Assembly (NCBI RefSeq): GCF_003072485.1
Contig: NZ_CP025989.1
Span: 720,001-752,000, forward strand
Direction of reading: 5' to 3'
DNA: 32,000 nt
Origin: Candidatus Fokinia solitaria
GTDB taxonomy: Bacteria > Pseudomonadota > Alphaproteobacteria > Rickettsiales > Midichloriaceae
The translations under genes were made by a program, and so were the position numbers. The stretch's first letter is position 1, and the number at the start of each line of letters is the position of its first letter. Below are positions 12,001 to 17,926 of the stretch, piece by piece. The notes below the pieces were generated by a model. That model saw nothing but the letters and a program-made list of their open reading frames with translations. It did no database searches and was not told where the DNA came from.

Positions 12001-14356
12001 CTTTTAATTTTTCGGATAAATTATCGATCTTTCTTTCCACGTTCTGCAACGTTTTCTCATTTCCTTGCTGCGCTTCTGTTTTCTGACCGTTCTTTCCTGC
12101 ATTATGATACATTATTGCCTTCTGCTGTATTGTTTTACCTCCACCTGCAAAATTCACGTTTATCGGTACAGATTGAGGTTTAGAATTCTCTTCAATAAAA
12201 CGTTTTAATTCTTCTAATAGACTTTCTTCTGTCGATGGCGAACTATCATCTCCTAGAAAACGCTTCATTTTTTTAGGAAGATGCTTTTTTATGATTTCTA
12301 TTACTGTATTGCGGTTTTGATAAATAGCCCAAACAGCGCCTATACCGAACTTAATATATGTATCATACTTCGATAAAAATGTTTCATCGTCCTCTTTTTC
12401 TATTGCTATATCTGGAATCACGATCTGCTCATCACCATTTTCCTTCTCAGGTACATTCTCTTGCATCTCTTCTTCCGTAGGTACATCTCCTGACTCTTCT
12501 CCTTCCGTAGACTCGCTCTCTTCCTCAGATGGTACAGTATCATCCAAGTTTCCTTTATTATCATTCTCTCCTTCCTTAGGTACACTTCCTTCCTTGGGTA
12601 CAACATTCTTTACTACTTCTAGCAATGTATCATCCTTCTTATTTTCCACTGTATCTACTTCATTATCTTGTATCTCAATCTCCTCACTTACTTCTTCAAC
12701 ATTCTCTTCATCATACTTCACTTCTTCAACATTCTCTCCATCAGGTACATTCTCTTGCATCTCTCCTTCCTTAGGTACATTCTCTTGCATCTCTTCTTCC
12801 GTAGGTACATCTCCTGACTCTTCTCCTTCCGTAGACTCGCTCTCTTCCTCAGATGGTACAGTATCATCCAAGTTTCCTTTATTATCATTCTCTCCTTCCT
12901 TAGGTACACTTCCTTCCTTGGGTACAACATTCTTTACTACTTCTAGCAATGTATCATCCTTCTTATTTTCCACTGTATCTACTTCATTATCTTGTATCTC
13001 AATCTCCTCACTTACTTCTTCAACATTCTCTTCATCATACTTCACTTCTTCAACATTCTCTCCATCAGGTACATTCTCTTGCATCTCTCCTTCCTTAGGT
13101 ACATTCTCTTGCATCTCTTCTTCCGTAGGTACATCTCCTGACTCTTCTCCTTCCGTAGACTCGCTCTCTTCCTCAGATGGTACATCATTACTTAAGTTCT
13201 CTTCTTCCTCAGGCAGTATATCACTTAAGTGCTCCTTATTATTATCATCACCATTTTCCTTCTCAGGTACATTCTCTTGCTTCTCTCCTCCCGTAGGTAC
13301 ATCTCCTGGTTCTTCTCCCTCCGTAGAGTTACTCTCTCCATTAAGTGGCACATCATTACTTAAGTTCTCTTCTTCCTCAGGCAGTACATTACTGTTTCCT
13401 TTATCATCATTCTCCTCCTTCTTTTCGAAGATATCTTTCACTACCAACACACTTTCGCTTTCTTCCTCGCTTACCTCTTCTTCCATAAATGCATCTTCTT
13501 GTTTCTTCTCTATTAGCGCAACACTCGCCGCTACTTCTGATGATGTACCCTTCTCTTCCTCTATAGAAATATCTTTTTGCTCTTTCTCCTCCTCTATAGG
13601 TACAATACTCGCTACCATTGCTTCCTGCCGTTTTAGAAACATTCTATGTTCAATATTCAGAAGCAGCATTTTAATTCTTTGAAACAGCAATATGCTTCCT
13701 TCTGATATGTCATTCTTTATTCTTCGTGTGAAAGTCTCATCACTTTCAAAGTTCTCATTTTTACCGTTCTTCTCTGCATTATTTTCGAAAGAGACAACAT
13801 TATCTTCGAAAGAGACGGTATCATCGTCATCTTCTTCTGTAATCGATGATTCTTGAAAATCTACAATTTCCTCTTGCTCTTCAGTCGCTTCTTTCATAGA
13901 AACTGCTTCCTTATTATCATCTAAGAGAATTAGATTAACAGCTGAAGCAACATTAGGTCCGTTTTGCACCATCATCATCTGTCGTACTTTTTGTAGCAGA
14001 CTAACTTTTCTTTCCTGCATTATACGATTTTTATACGACTCAGTAGGACGTACACGAAGCGCATACTCATATCGCAAACGATGTTGCTCAAGTTCTCTTA
14101 TATATGGATGCAATAGTGCAAATTCCACGATAAGCGCTTCCTTATTTTCGGCACTATTAACAACACTGATGTCAGCTTTTTTTGAAGCATCAACATTAAC
14201 CTTCGGATCGTAAGCACTTCTATGAAGATCATAACACACTCCACATTCATACCATAAACCCGCAATCAGAACATCTCCCCATCCAATATCGAATATTTTT
14301 ACCCTGCGAAAAGCTCTGTCTTCTACCTCTAGATGCCAAAATAATGAATTAAGCAT
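1..14356 (-). CDS. Giant coiled-coil-like protein, partial (C-terminus beyond left edge), at least 4785 codons
   Basis: Minus-strand frame from ATG (plus 'cat' 14354-14356). N-term reads MLNSLFWHLEVEDRAFRRVKIFDIGWGDVLIAGLWYECGVCYDLHRSAYDPKV. No stop (TTA/CTA/TCA on plus) found in codon register position mod 3 = 2 at sampled blocks (2-1100, 6002-6270, ~10000, 12450-14356). If the frame closed inside the window, the track would list a long minus ORF here, and it does not. Translation is rich in E/K/Q/L/A with heptad-like patterning. Confidence 0.93.
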   Translation of the reverse strand, partial: MLNSLFWHLEVEDRAFRRVKIFDIGWGDVLIAGLWYECGVCYDLHRSAYDPKVNVDASKKADISVVNSAENKEALIVEFALLHPYIRELEQHRLRYEYALRVRPTESYKNRIMQERKVSLLQKVRQMMMVQNGPNVASAVNLILLDDNKEAVSMKEATEEQEEIVDFQESSITEEDDDDTVSFEDNVVSFENNAEKNGKNENFESDETFTRRIKNDISEGSILLFQRIKMLLLNIEHRMFLKRQEAMVASIVPIEEEKEQKDISIEEEKGTSSEVAASVALIEKKQEDAFMEEEVSEEESESVLVVKDIFEKKEENDDKGNSNVLPEEEENLSNDVPLNGESNSTEGEEPGDVPTGGEKQENVPEKENGDDNNKEHLSDILPEEEENLSNDVPSEEESESTEGEESGDVPTEEEMQENVPKEGEMQENVPDGENVEEVKYDEENVEEVSEEIEIQDNEVDTVENKKDDTLLEVVKNVVPKEGSVPKEGENDNKGNLDDTVPSEEESESTEGEESGDVPTEEEMQENVPKEGEMQENVPDGENVEEVKYDEENVEEVSEEIEIQDNEVDTVENKKDDTLLEVVKNVVPKEGSVPKEGENDNKGNLDDTVPSEEESESTEGEESGDVPTEEEMQENVPEKENGDEQIVIPDIAIEKEDDETFLSKYDTYIKFGIGAVWAIYQNRNTVIEIIKKHLPKKMKRFLGDDSSPSTEESLLEELKRFIEENSKPQSVPINVNFAGGGKTIQQKAIMYHNAGKNGQKTEAQQGNEKTLQNVERKIDNLSEKLKAAEAQLQDVLQDQQELEDTLKDYYLGLENGTPLDDINLSNIESRARMLREARDVHVRDIGEYRRSIDEMRMRLDAVDALATHYNIQSMLTPYYNDIQLLEDRVNNFGSTLQNLEEGEEQERFNFIKTKNRLLRAQTKIADLRSKMIHEKESEKKIVAKIQELGGAQAIAAEAQSNANRIMALDSEIRRLQGTLASLQEGEAHPPETIGQIARLLKEKARLQKSINTVTEREQKVRALESELQSLKQRGNSYIARMVQEANLIRQLEKELSNYKDLSSVAKLLHVPLYQREETTVEPQKQAAGAASQSNAAHQNVMSRLQLKQGPATVVSESNDSQSHILEQAPDTLQFKQKFDLKNLDSTTTPCYGEFCVLGEKPQKNRNLQKKNVTFKENGAVLGRKIKPSQKSNAMQNGAVSYKRRGELDNIKESFHLKITDLESKILRLSAEIAEENVKLSNLLVTCNSQDCAQKSSDCARDLKQKELQKKAFEREIDDIKDKLKKANNEYSAVRENTGSYSKKEIALDIKDMKDAIQKEIDLIPILIAAQNSLHIERKMNEAILMDKSNVTVAELSNYQLLLEHFLKYCASNPVLDAEHREVYDLYKKHLQLIEEIGRYDRTIHFAKERIKEITIAVSKYQFINKDYTNVPALQPLAESTSTDNSIRDATLLALEDSAAQNDLSLNVAEGNIVRLEQALVASENKIVELEGVLATKVAGDLDYARTEFEIAEEKLQKNLISSYLKQSREATINSQRQKELYNTLRVAVEGQEYYERNGQVTLLYEQKQSEGANARELFKLGAETRQRTSQWIDKFNEMSPAQRHTVQDCVVVTAELQRTATAYSNWASERVNFGKIDRELSRLQEAGQYFSQLPLTARTDQNVVVATAQSIEKEVLRSAKSLNATARDGVEHVIQSNFKESELHGMYYLWHSSDENYRRFLLEKIQSDIIQKHQLRNDSIEKLALLEKDIVLNENSANSLIPTLQGENYTLLQKLIITVEIAKLKLKDHQSYGAVLQDMIFADAKRIENMLIVRAFRIQDGVDVSGIDANISQMRARLKSTEDEMKIVKQNEIQLRKEIDAYGKAYTTMNDADLSDKIAADSVNIGGLIRSAIAPEATGEEQAIPLNPDSATTYAFRRDALQSAMQIEEVLLENLLWKKSDVLPADNVTFNRIDGSFDAWMNMHQQQLISLGLKSDVLQQFQSMDAYFANPDTKVRQLLDKKRALEQKHQTISSQEAIDVVARIHKAVHEVSIAESICQIAEDWYSESLRNYGAKQKLDFYKKKEMYLNGQPMPYFEKFRNREEIETLKANVHQELINTRAQRKTLTGSNLEQANIKISLYLDIEAALEAEMLPENDAENTRIEIQKREEALNKLQAKKTKVNEVLLSVEDGVVGMQGELQKLEMKKEEVEVLKQMIVEVKGMKDNLARASAENNSYETIYQGIIEGVIRGDVDLKALPDIALLQQIRRRQITEGDAAKKKIDTLRHLERQVAGDAALATNLQNARTTLQKHQGELKEIEQLRLQALKDKNAQVKKLQELERAVKKDQELIDAQRVFVNDSIETLHMYDAAIEKTKDAIIGVEHNIKSAQDAIKDLQAQKLAQNKLEISRCEQENSIAAKIAEIDLEIAAKRIVVEQETVVQVQDLSQAFAQGGVVQNMQQQLVPPVKLSDSPVLYVSKKLEEIEGLCDDDMIEHPLYMNEKYTLEAKKYAHRDAETQCFNLLETTPVSQNEKWLSTFEERTSRDQSISEPEQKTRLEDMISKKIEDFTVIGQSIMAHEETLLTLSKSQPVDGITKVLLQRQIDETSLALQSLKHQRFELSNTIREAYDQLHNFEVRYGLIVTGADKTIQFEIDQVRQSLYAARKGRMNCRDELNELDEAIKVANHDLALLADGAQKQEKAMLLQVMQYNREHVLQQLKEYEHNIDSLWSELVRLRNSDRGHDTIASPEKDFEIQERLREIEQWKSENVTDVMLTQEQKDSAYAKLSSALVPQGIIVLRVIPYSESYTALAILRRSTEGVCAAALPQINPSDTQRMVIGVEEHNLTIWKMLHNLSMLLTYSDKKENSLDKAAGMLEELQDIRIQHRTDFILPEYYDTYLKKIVGKHTLLKEKKLEKINEELNEVSMEIIALENDKKLQEVKLADKEYELANTYDRLKIPVLQDERNAISLAIDGIQDQIDEKKKQQSDLEKEKNYYSSLMASLERGINAHPSFMADIKAWQISEAAMKEREEMNVYFSERLKIENDPKIKALLVTIEEKKNDGVYDEKVLQDLSTLVTENPVADSKWEANVSPILEKCQKDFKNDIDAMKLYRVKNEVTYANAIALCVELKNALITKLTADNGGKNKLLLEELNAIPVPSGRNDGQEINLYLKKLDTFAERIEVRSAFSDVGKMKEKLQVLENTSPEEAAYKEAAISYKDLRNALVVTLKKEQDTNSGLSQKLNAPTNAENVESANTKAVSVHYTKVTGLLENCSMERDTMQRAKDRTLKALKDLLNPRAVSPEDQKIGEYQDMIGHLKSDIRGNIGRSLVLKQKLTELSGEFVLQKSNSAIVYKDLKDLLKLIEKSSLTAQKVQIETMLQKFQNPNEDVISDAGRQLSETEWQAACQLHDQLINDILAQIQQNAEADEKLLQALEGQKRPENQAELRTSLTTAVNAISNHNTGQVFAKYKINIEQAQHPATVGEAVALYTSTRSAFLVQVQSHIEANESFLSKLELWNAAEEDLAVRGDVDLHAQSVAHLKETIAILENKDEKAMLIKKGKDDIKKVLAKLPKKSDAERVYDNVLLSYKDAVNSIQREFDAAKAKQNHEVELLQRAGKTQYGRDILDLVLEYLRYEKSNKTEEGREWNKTTKEKITSLHETNFNKWGRFSDDEKEAFRGMVKIEQERQKLEEFLKETEFYRDSIPVSDAFKSLQYLKEKHKQEEEKEELYKKTLVEQKEYLSQFQEFLVQILDSANNLKITPGSTTQYSSYAAKMLSLLNHESAKKLVAKMPPLVAYAVDLFKAEMVKTDIAMQRQHERDSRVEARERIESEKEKILNLHHAISKIFDEENAEYHEKNENFSSEKAIREVFRHREMENAWRKLEITVSLELSPDKAIVQRDAQASEIGEFFDNADLNGVDIAGRGGMETILRMMSDLKDLKDNKANADKDLLQQKFLQKAIMKELRFVTDIQEGEEKLMQLERQRQDLWRQDNKLAKRLKRGEDFLNEQFKTDIQKLDDAYQSQRAADVAQLLQVDERQIELEKKAVGDEIAVLNADLMELVGARSDDIIPTFKDMKMDDWLSKGIVCRSSVLKKQLKAIIAFLDDNILAVKDAMKYFDFSNQYEKREKLYHAMQKLKQSAENELKTVEDAEKKEGGEVTLSNGAMLLQIKKEASSLHTQLIQMEESSLSTIKTSNLQDIAQHELTSINERFGGNELSEEIGKVRAARMFYLEEQKKIDKRIDLVSDEKGKKMDEEELLQYTLDQKKKILDAEDASDAASSGYYKKLQNLSELLVLQRKVDADEQSLKTMNVEYKELDERPFRSLEQDERWQHLKKKRSEITNEISDNTKKLEILKPVSDSNFSDIVDEIQKNNPVISDADTQKALSDLDQSRVKIRRFQSQDTIDETMEAVLMQEYDSALRAFILACQKKLGIMKITEKTVVDAAKEIHDSTLEKLKVVQDVIVVSEQKLELMYDERGAILEEERAVIGTDNINMMKHGVPDITDECVNLYTEAYKKKIISDKLQKLLPLQDAYVQRLENNKKILEGSIQPAATSPEIRQFAVMKVLDKSLIKKREVSERYQSETQTYTVMKKTQKEYKRMHETDQEILKEYQEKINLMNKDVIELDKNQIALTQKISELNSLMIENDNAFSAEQKQLYDAFKKAKNISELAEERNARKDFHDRMQRKIVQTSQSSARKGGSQLKIPNSETGTEPEVSSLSQQSRVLAKKFQSTSKEYEQKVNKVMVDVDDMIRVMEAGYSVEGSIFFQDPKLQVLIGLKQSMITAQSIQKDQTKSSLEKAASE
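12451..13184 (-). repeat. Tandem 324-bp in-frame repeat (108 aa): copies 12451-12774 and 12775-13098, partial third copy 13099-13184
   Basis: 'gtacattctcttgcatctcttcttccgtaggtacatctcctgactc...' starts at 12451, 12775 and 13099, exact spacing 324 bp. Copies 1 and 2 look identical base for base. Encodes acidic E/V/P-rich repeats (ENVPKEGEMQENVPDGENVEEVKYDEENVEEVSEEIE...). Confidence 0.95.
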
Positions 14357-14385
14357 TACACTTTAAAGTATAGTAACACACGAGC

Positions 14386-14394
14386 ATTATAGCA
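14386..14394 (-). promoter_or_regulatory. Possible extended -10 promoter (TGCTATAAT) for the giant ORF
   Basis: Minus strand reads TGCTATAAT about 30 nt upstream of ATG 14356. No convincing -35. Confidence 0.4.
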
Positions 14395-14474
14395 TGAAGC
14401 TTGCGCAAAGAGAAATGTTTATCTGCTTTTACGAAGAGATAAATATCTTATATCTTTCTTTAATCTTAATCTTA

Positions 14475-14505
14475 CCTGTAACTGCAGAAATATCGCCGTT
14501 ACAGG
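14475..14505 (-). terminator. Inverted repeat, possible weak transcription terminator after the desaturase gene
   Basis: CCTGTAAC (14475-14482) and GTTACAGG (14498-14505) form an 8-bp stem with a 15-nt loop in the intergenic gap. No proper U-tract follows. Confidence 0.3.
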
Positions 14506-14528
14506 AAGATTATATCATTTAAACACAG

Positions 14529-15968
14529 CTAAGCAACTGCGCACTTCTTCTTCAATTTTAAGAGGCATTTCTGAAGTTTCTTCGTACCATCCATAATTTC
14601 TGTAAAATCGGATTTTCTCATACTTTCTAATGCTGTTTCCGCTCTACGTAGAACATCTAAACTTCTGAAAAATACACTATCCAGAATATTCATTGCTCTT
14701 TTGCCAGCTTTCAAAGCATCCATAACACTTTGATGAATCACTTTCACATCACAACCTTTGACTGCGCCAATACTTTTTTGCAGCAGTTCACCAATCATAT
14801 TAATCTTGGCAACACAATCTAATGCAGAAGATATAGAAGGCTGTTCTTGACTGACAGTATGTGCGCGATAATTAAAATCTTGCGATATGCGATTTTTCAT
14901 AGACAGTACAAGGTTTGAAAATGTGCTTTGTAATTTTCCAGTACCGAGAGACGCGGAAGTACTCTGTAAAGCATCTTCATACATTTTCTCCAAGGAGACA
15001 AGTTTTTGTGATACCGCATTTAAAGTGCACCACGCAAAATCTTTTGCTTCCGTAGTTTGCTGTTTTCCTCTCTCAAGCATTTTCTGCTCGTATTCTCTTT
15101 GTACCGCAGCTACCCTCACTTCTGGAGTAACATGCAAATCTCTTGCTAATCCAATCTTTGACATACACCATATAATCCACTTATGCACATCGAGATGATA
15201 CCATTTATGGCCATTTCTATAATCTTTACCAAATGCATGGTGGTAATTATGCCAATTCTCTCCTAATAACAGCAATGCAAGCCACCACACATCTACAGAA
15301 CTATCATCAGCATAACGTCTCTTACCCCAAAAATGACATATAGAATTCACAGAAAAAGTCATTTGCTGCTGCAATGCTCTACCTAAGCCACAGAACAAAA
15401 AGCCTGCTAGCATAGCTTGAATTGGCGCATTGAAAAAAGCAAAGCCAAGAAGTGCGGTAGGCACTACTTGAGTAAATAAAGCTAATTGCCAATAATTTTT
15501 TAGTTGCCACACAAGCATCTTATCTTTCCCTAATGTAGATATCGTACCTTTGTCTATGTGCTTCGTAGTAGATTCTCCAAATATCATCCAGCCGAGATGC
15601 GCCCAAAAAAAGCCTTTCAGAGGATTTTGATATTTCACTGGAGTATGCGGATCTTTATCTGTGTCAGGGTATGCATGATGAAATTTATGATCTGACACCC
15701 AGGCAAGTACTGGACCTTGTAATGAAAAAGCGCTTGTAAATATCAATATTATTTCTACAACTCTATTAACTTTATAAGCACCGTGCGACCACAATCTATG
15801 TAGCCCTACTCCGACTGATATATTAGAAACATAGTATGCTATCACTGCAAGCCATAATTCTTTCGTGCATACTCCATAAAACGCAATGTACAGCGCTATG
15901 CCAAGTAGTATGAGAACAGGATATACCACAAGAACGGTAAAAACAGGCCAATTAATCTTAGAATTCAT
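14529..15968 (-). CDS. Acyl-CoA/fatty-acid delta-9-type desaturase with a C-terminal extension
   Basis: Histidine boxes HRLWSH, HKFHH and HNYHH typical of membrane fatty-acid desaturases, with hydrophobic segments. About 150 residues of helical-looking sequence follow the desaturase core. Confidence 0.9.
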   Translation of the reverse strand: MNSKINWPVFTVLVVYPVLILLGIALYIAFYGVCTKELWLAVIAYYVSNISVGVGLHRLWSHGAYKVNRVVEIILIFTSAFSLQGPVLAWVSDHKFHHAYPDTDKDPHTPVKYQNPLKGFFWAHLGWMIFGESTTKHIDKGTISTLGKDKMLVWQLKNYWQLALFTQVVPTALLGFAFFNAPIQAMLAGFLFCGLGRALQQQMTFSVNSICHFWGKRRYADDSSVDVWWLALLLLGENWHNYHHAFGKDYRNGHKWYHLDVHKWIIWCMSKIGLARDLHVTPEVRVAAVQREYEQKMLERGKQQTTEAKDFAWCTLNAVSQKLVSLEKMYEDALQSTSASLGTGKLQSTFSNLVLSMKNRISQDFNYRAHTVSQEQPSISSALDCVAKINMIGELLQKSIGAVKGCDVKVIHQSVMDALKAGKRAMNILDSVFFRSLDVLRRAETALESMRKSDFTEIMDGTKKLQKCLLKLKKKCAVA

Positions 15969-16056
15969 GCCAATATCTTGAAAGTAGAATAAATTTTATA
16001 TGCCGTATAAAGGTAATCTTACCTTAGAAATAACAACATATACTATACACGGCTAT

Positions 16057-16084
16057 GGTATACCCTTCTTAAATATCATGTCAA
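16057..16084 (-). promoter_or_regulatory. Possible sigma70-like promoter for the desaturase gene
   Basis: Minus strand TTGACA (16079-16084), 16-nt spacer, TATACC (16057-16062), about 90 nt upstream of the CDS start. Confidence 0.4.
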
Positions 16085-16174
16085 CAAGAAAGGTGAAAAT
16101 GCGCAAGATATGCGCTTATGAGTCATTGATAAGGTGTACATCTTGCGAAGTAATATCAAGTAAAAACATGATAA

Positions 16175-17755
16175 TTAATCCTTGTCATCGTGAATCGTCC
16201 TATCTACTTCAAAATCGCTCATGAATTGTCGTATTGATTGAATAAATGGCGCGTCTTGCATTTTCTTAAGTGTTAAATCTTGCCTTTGCTTTTTTAACTC
16301 TGAGTAAGTGAAGCATTCGGCATTTGTTGTAAACTCTAACTTCCAACTCTTACCCGTCACTTCAGTTAAATGAGATATGAGGTAAGCTTTTTTTTCATCA
16401 CTAATTGGATTAGCTTTTATAATACAATACTCATGATCTACATCTGCAATTTTCAATTCATTACTGACAACGTATAAAAGCTCGCTTCTGCCCTTCGCAA
16501 TAATATCATTGATCAATCGCTCTATCCTATAAAAAAAATCTTCCGTAGTACGAGTATCATTAACACCATCACTAATAAACGATGGTTGTACTATTTCATC
16601 ACTTATAATCATTTTTAAAACATCCATTAATTTATCAGTATTTTCAAACGTACCTACATATGACATTTTTACCAATACCACTTCTAACATCTTCGTGATA
16701 TCAGCAGTGTACTTTGCTTGTTTTTGAAGCTCAATGAGTAAATTCCACGCTTTCAGCAAAAACGCTCTATCCATCACACGACTATCTTTCAACAATATAT
16801 TAAGACAACTATCAGATTCCTTTAAACTATCACTTTGCATGATGCATTCATACACTACAGTAAGCATTGCTTCTAATATAGCTTTTGCTTCATTTGCACC
16901 ACCGTCATACAATTTTCTACTCTTTTCTAATGCTGCGTGCGTATCTGAATAAGCTACATCTCTCAGAATTTCTGCAATAGTAAGTAATGATACTTTACCA
17001 AGTAACGACTCAATATCATCAAGCGTAATGACAGGACTACATCTATCATTGAATAATGCTACAGTTAAGGCTTGCTCCAAGATCGATAATCCGTCTCTTA
17101 TTGAGCCTCTAGCTGCTTCTGCTACCATATCTACAACACCGCTTTCTACTTTACATCCTTCTCTTTCCAATACATTAATATAATACTCAGTTAATTCAAA
17201 CTGCGATAACGCACGAAGGTGCATCCTTTGACATCTAGATATTATCGTTTCCGGTATTTTTCTAAATTCTGTTGTAGCAAGGATAAATTTTACATGAGAA
17301 GGAGGCTCTTCTAATGTCTTTAATATTGCATTAAATCCACTGTTTGAAACCATATGCACTTCATCTATGATAAAGATTTTATATCTAGAGTGAAGTGGCA
17401 TATATTGCGCTGTTTCTATGATATCTCTAACGTCATTCACACTAGTATTACTCGCCGCATCTATCTCCATCACATCAGGATGTTGCATTCGTGCAATTTG
17501 CACACAATTACTACACATACCGCATCCTTCTCCATTATCCATCAGACTCGTACAATTTAATGCTTTTGCAATCAAACGCGCGATAGTTGTTTTACCTATT
17601 CCTCGTGTACCTGTCAGAAGAATCGCATGAGGCACTCTATCTAAGAGAATGGCATTTCTTATTACTTTTATGGTAATATCTTGCCCAACTACATCCAAAA
17701 ATCTCGATGGCCTGTATTTTCTTGATAATACAATGTGCGAATTATTGCTGCTCAT
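16175..17755 (-). CDS. dnaX: DNA polymerase III subunit gamma/tau
   Basis: YRPSRFLDVVGQD, Walker A GTRGIGKTTIARLIAKALNC, zinc cysteines CGMCSNCVQIAR, DEVHMVSNSGFNAILKTLEEPP, ATTEFRKIPETIISRCQ. Track ORF starts at 17794; the family-like start is MSSNNSHIVLSRKYRP at 17755. Confidence 0.97.
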   Translation of the reverse strand: MSSNNSHIVLSRKYRPSRFLDVVGQDITIKVIRNAILLDRVPHAILLTGTRGIGKTTIARLIAKALNCTSLMDNGEGCGMCSNCVQIARMQHPDVMEIDAASNTSVNDVRDIIETAQYMPLHSRYKIFIIDEVHMVSNSGFNAILKTLEEPPSHVKFILATTEFRKIPETIISRCQRMHLRALSQFELTEYYINVLEREGCKVESGVVDMVAEAARGSIRDGLSILEQALTVALFNDRCSPVITLDDIESLLGKVSLLTIAEILRDVAYSDTHAALEKSRKLYDGGANEAKAILEAMLTVVYECIMQSDSLKESDSCLNILLKDSRVMDRAFLLKAWNLLIELQKQAKYTADITKMLEVVLVKMSYVGTFENTDKLMDVLKMIISDEIVQPSFISDGVNDTRTTEDFFYRIERLINDIIAKGRSELLYVVSNELKIADVDHEYCIIKANPISDEKKAYLISHLTEVTGKSWKLEFTTNAECFTYSELKKQRQDLTLKKMQDAPFIQSIRQFMSDFEVDRTIHDDKD

Positions 17756-17926
17756 ATATAAAGTAAATAGTACTTTCGATGTGTTATAACGCATTTTTTA
17801 CAGTATAGCACTACCTTTTTGTAAGAAAAAATAAAAAGACAAATTTCATTACAACATATACATACGAAAATTGCTTTTGCATCTAAGAATTAATTACAAC
17901 TAAGAAGACAATTTAGTATATAAGAA

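Noticed and set aside
930-12183. Scattered plus-strand ORFs of 61-144 aa across the left region
   Set aside because: All are antisense to the uninterrupted minus-strand giant ORF and show no recognisable domains.
12418-12930. Minus-strand ORFs of 62 and 70 aa (MLYPRKEVYLRKERMIIKET...) in the repeat region
   Set aside because: Alternate frame of the same duplicated sequence; the two start identically because they sit in successive 324-bp copies. The giant frame explains the region better.
12451-13184. Regularly spaced repeat considered as CRISPR or other spacer array
   Set aside because: The units are contiguous 324-bp direct duplications inside a coding frame, with no short repeat/unique spacer alternation and no cas genes.
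12594-13682. 362-aa plus-strand ORF (MGTTFFTTSSNVSSFLFSTVST..., Ser/Thr/Phe-rich repeats)
   Set aside because: Exactly antisense to the acidic repeat region of the giant ORF. Its own 'repeats' are the reverse complement of the GAA/GAG/GTA-rich tandem copies, so openness is a by-product of codon bias and duplication.
16000-16224. 74-aa plus-strand ORF
   Set aside because: Overlaps the dnaX 3' end antisense and covers the likely desaturase promoter. No motif or supporting signal.
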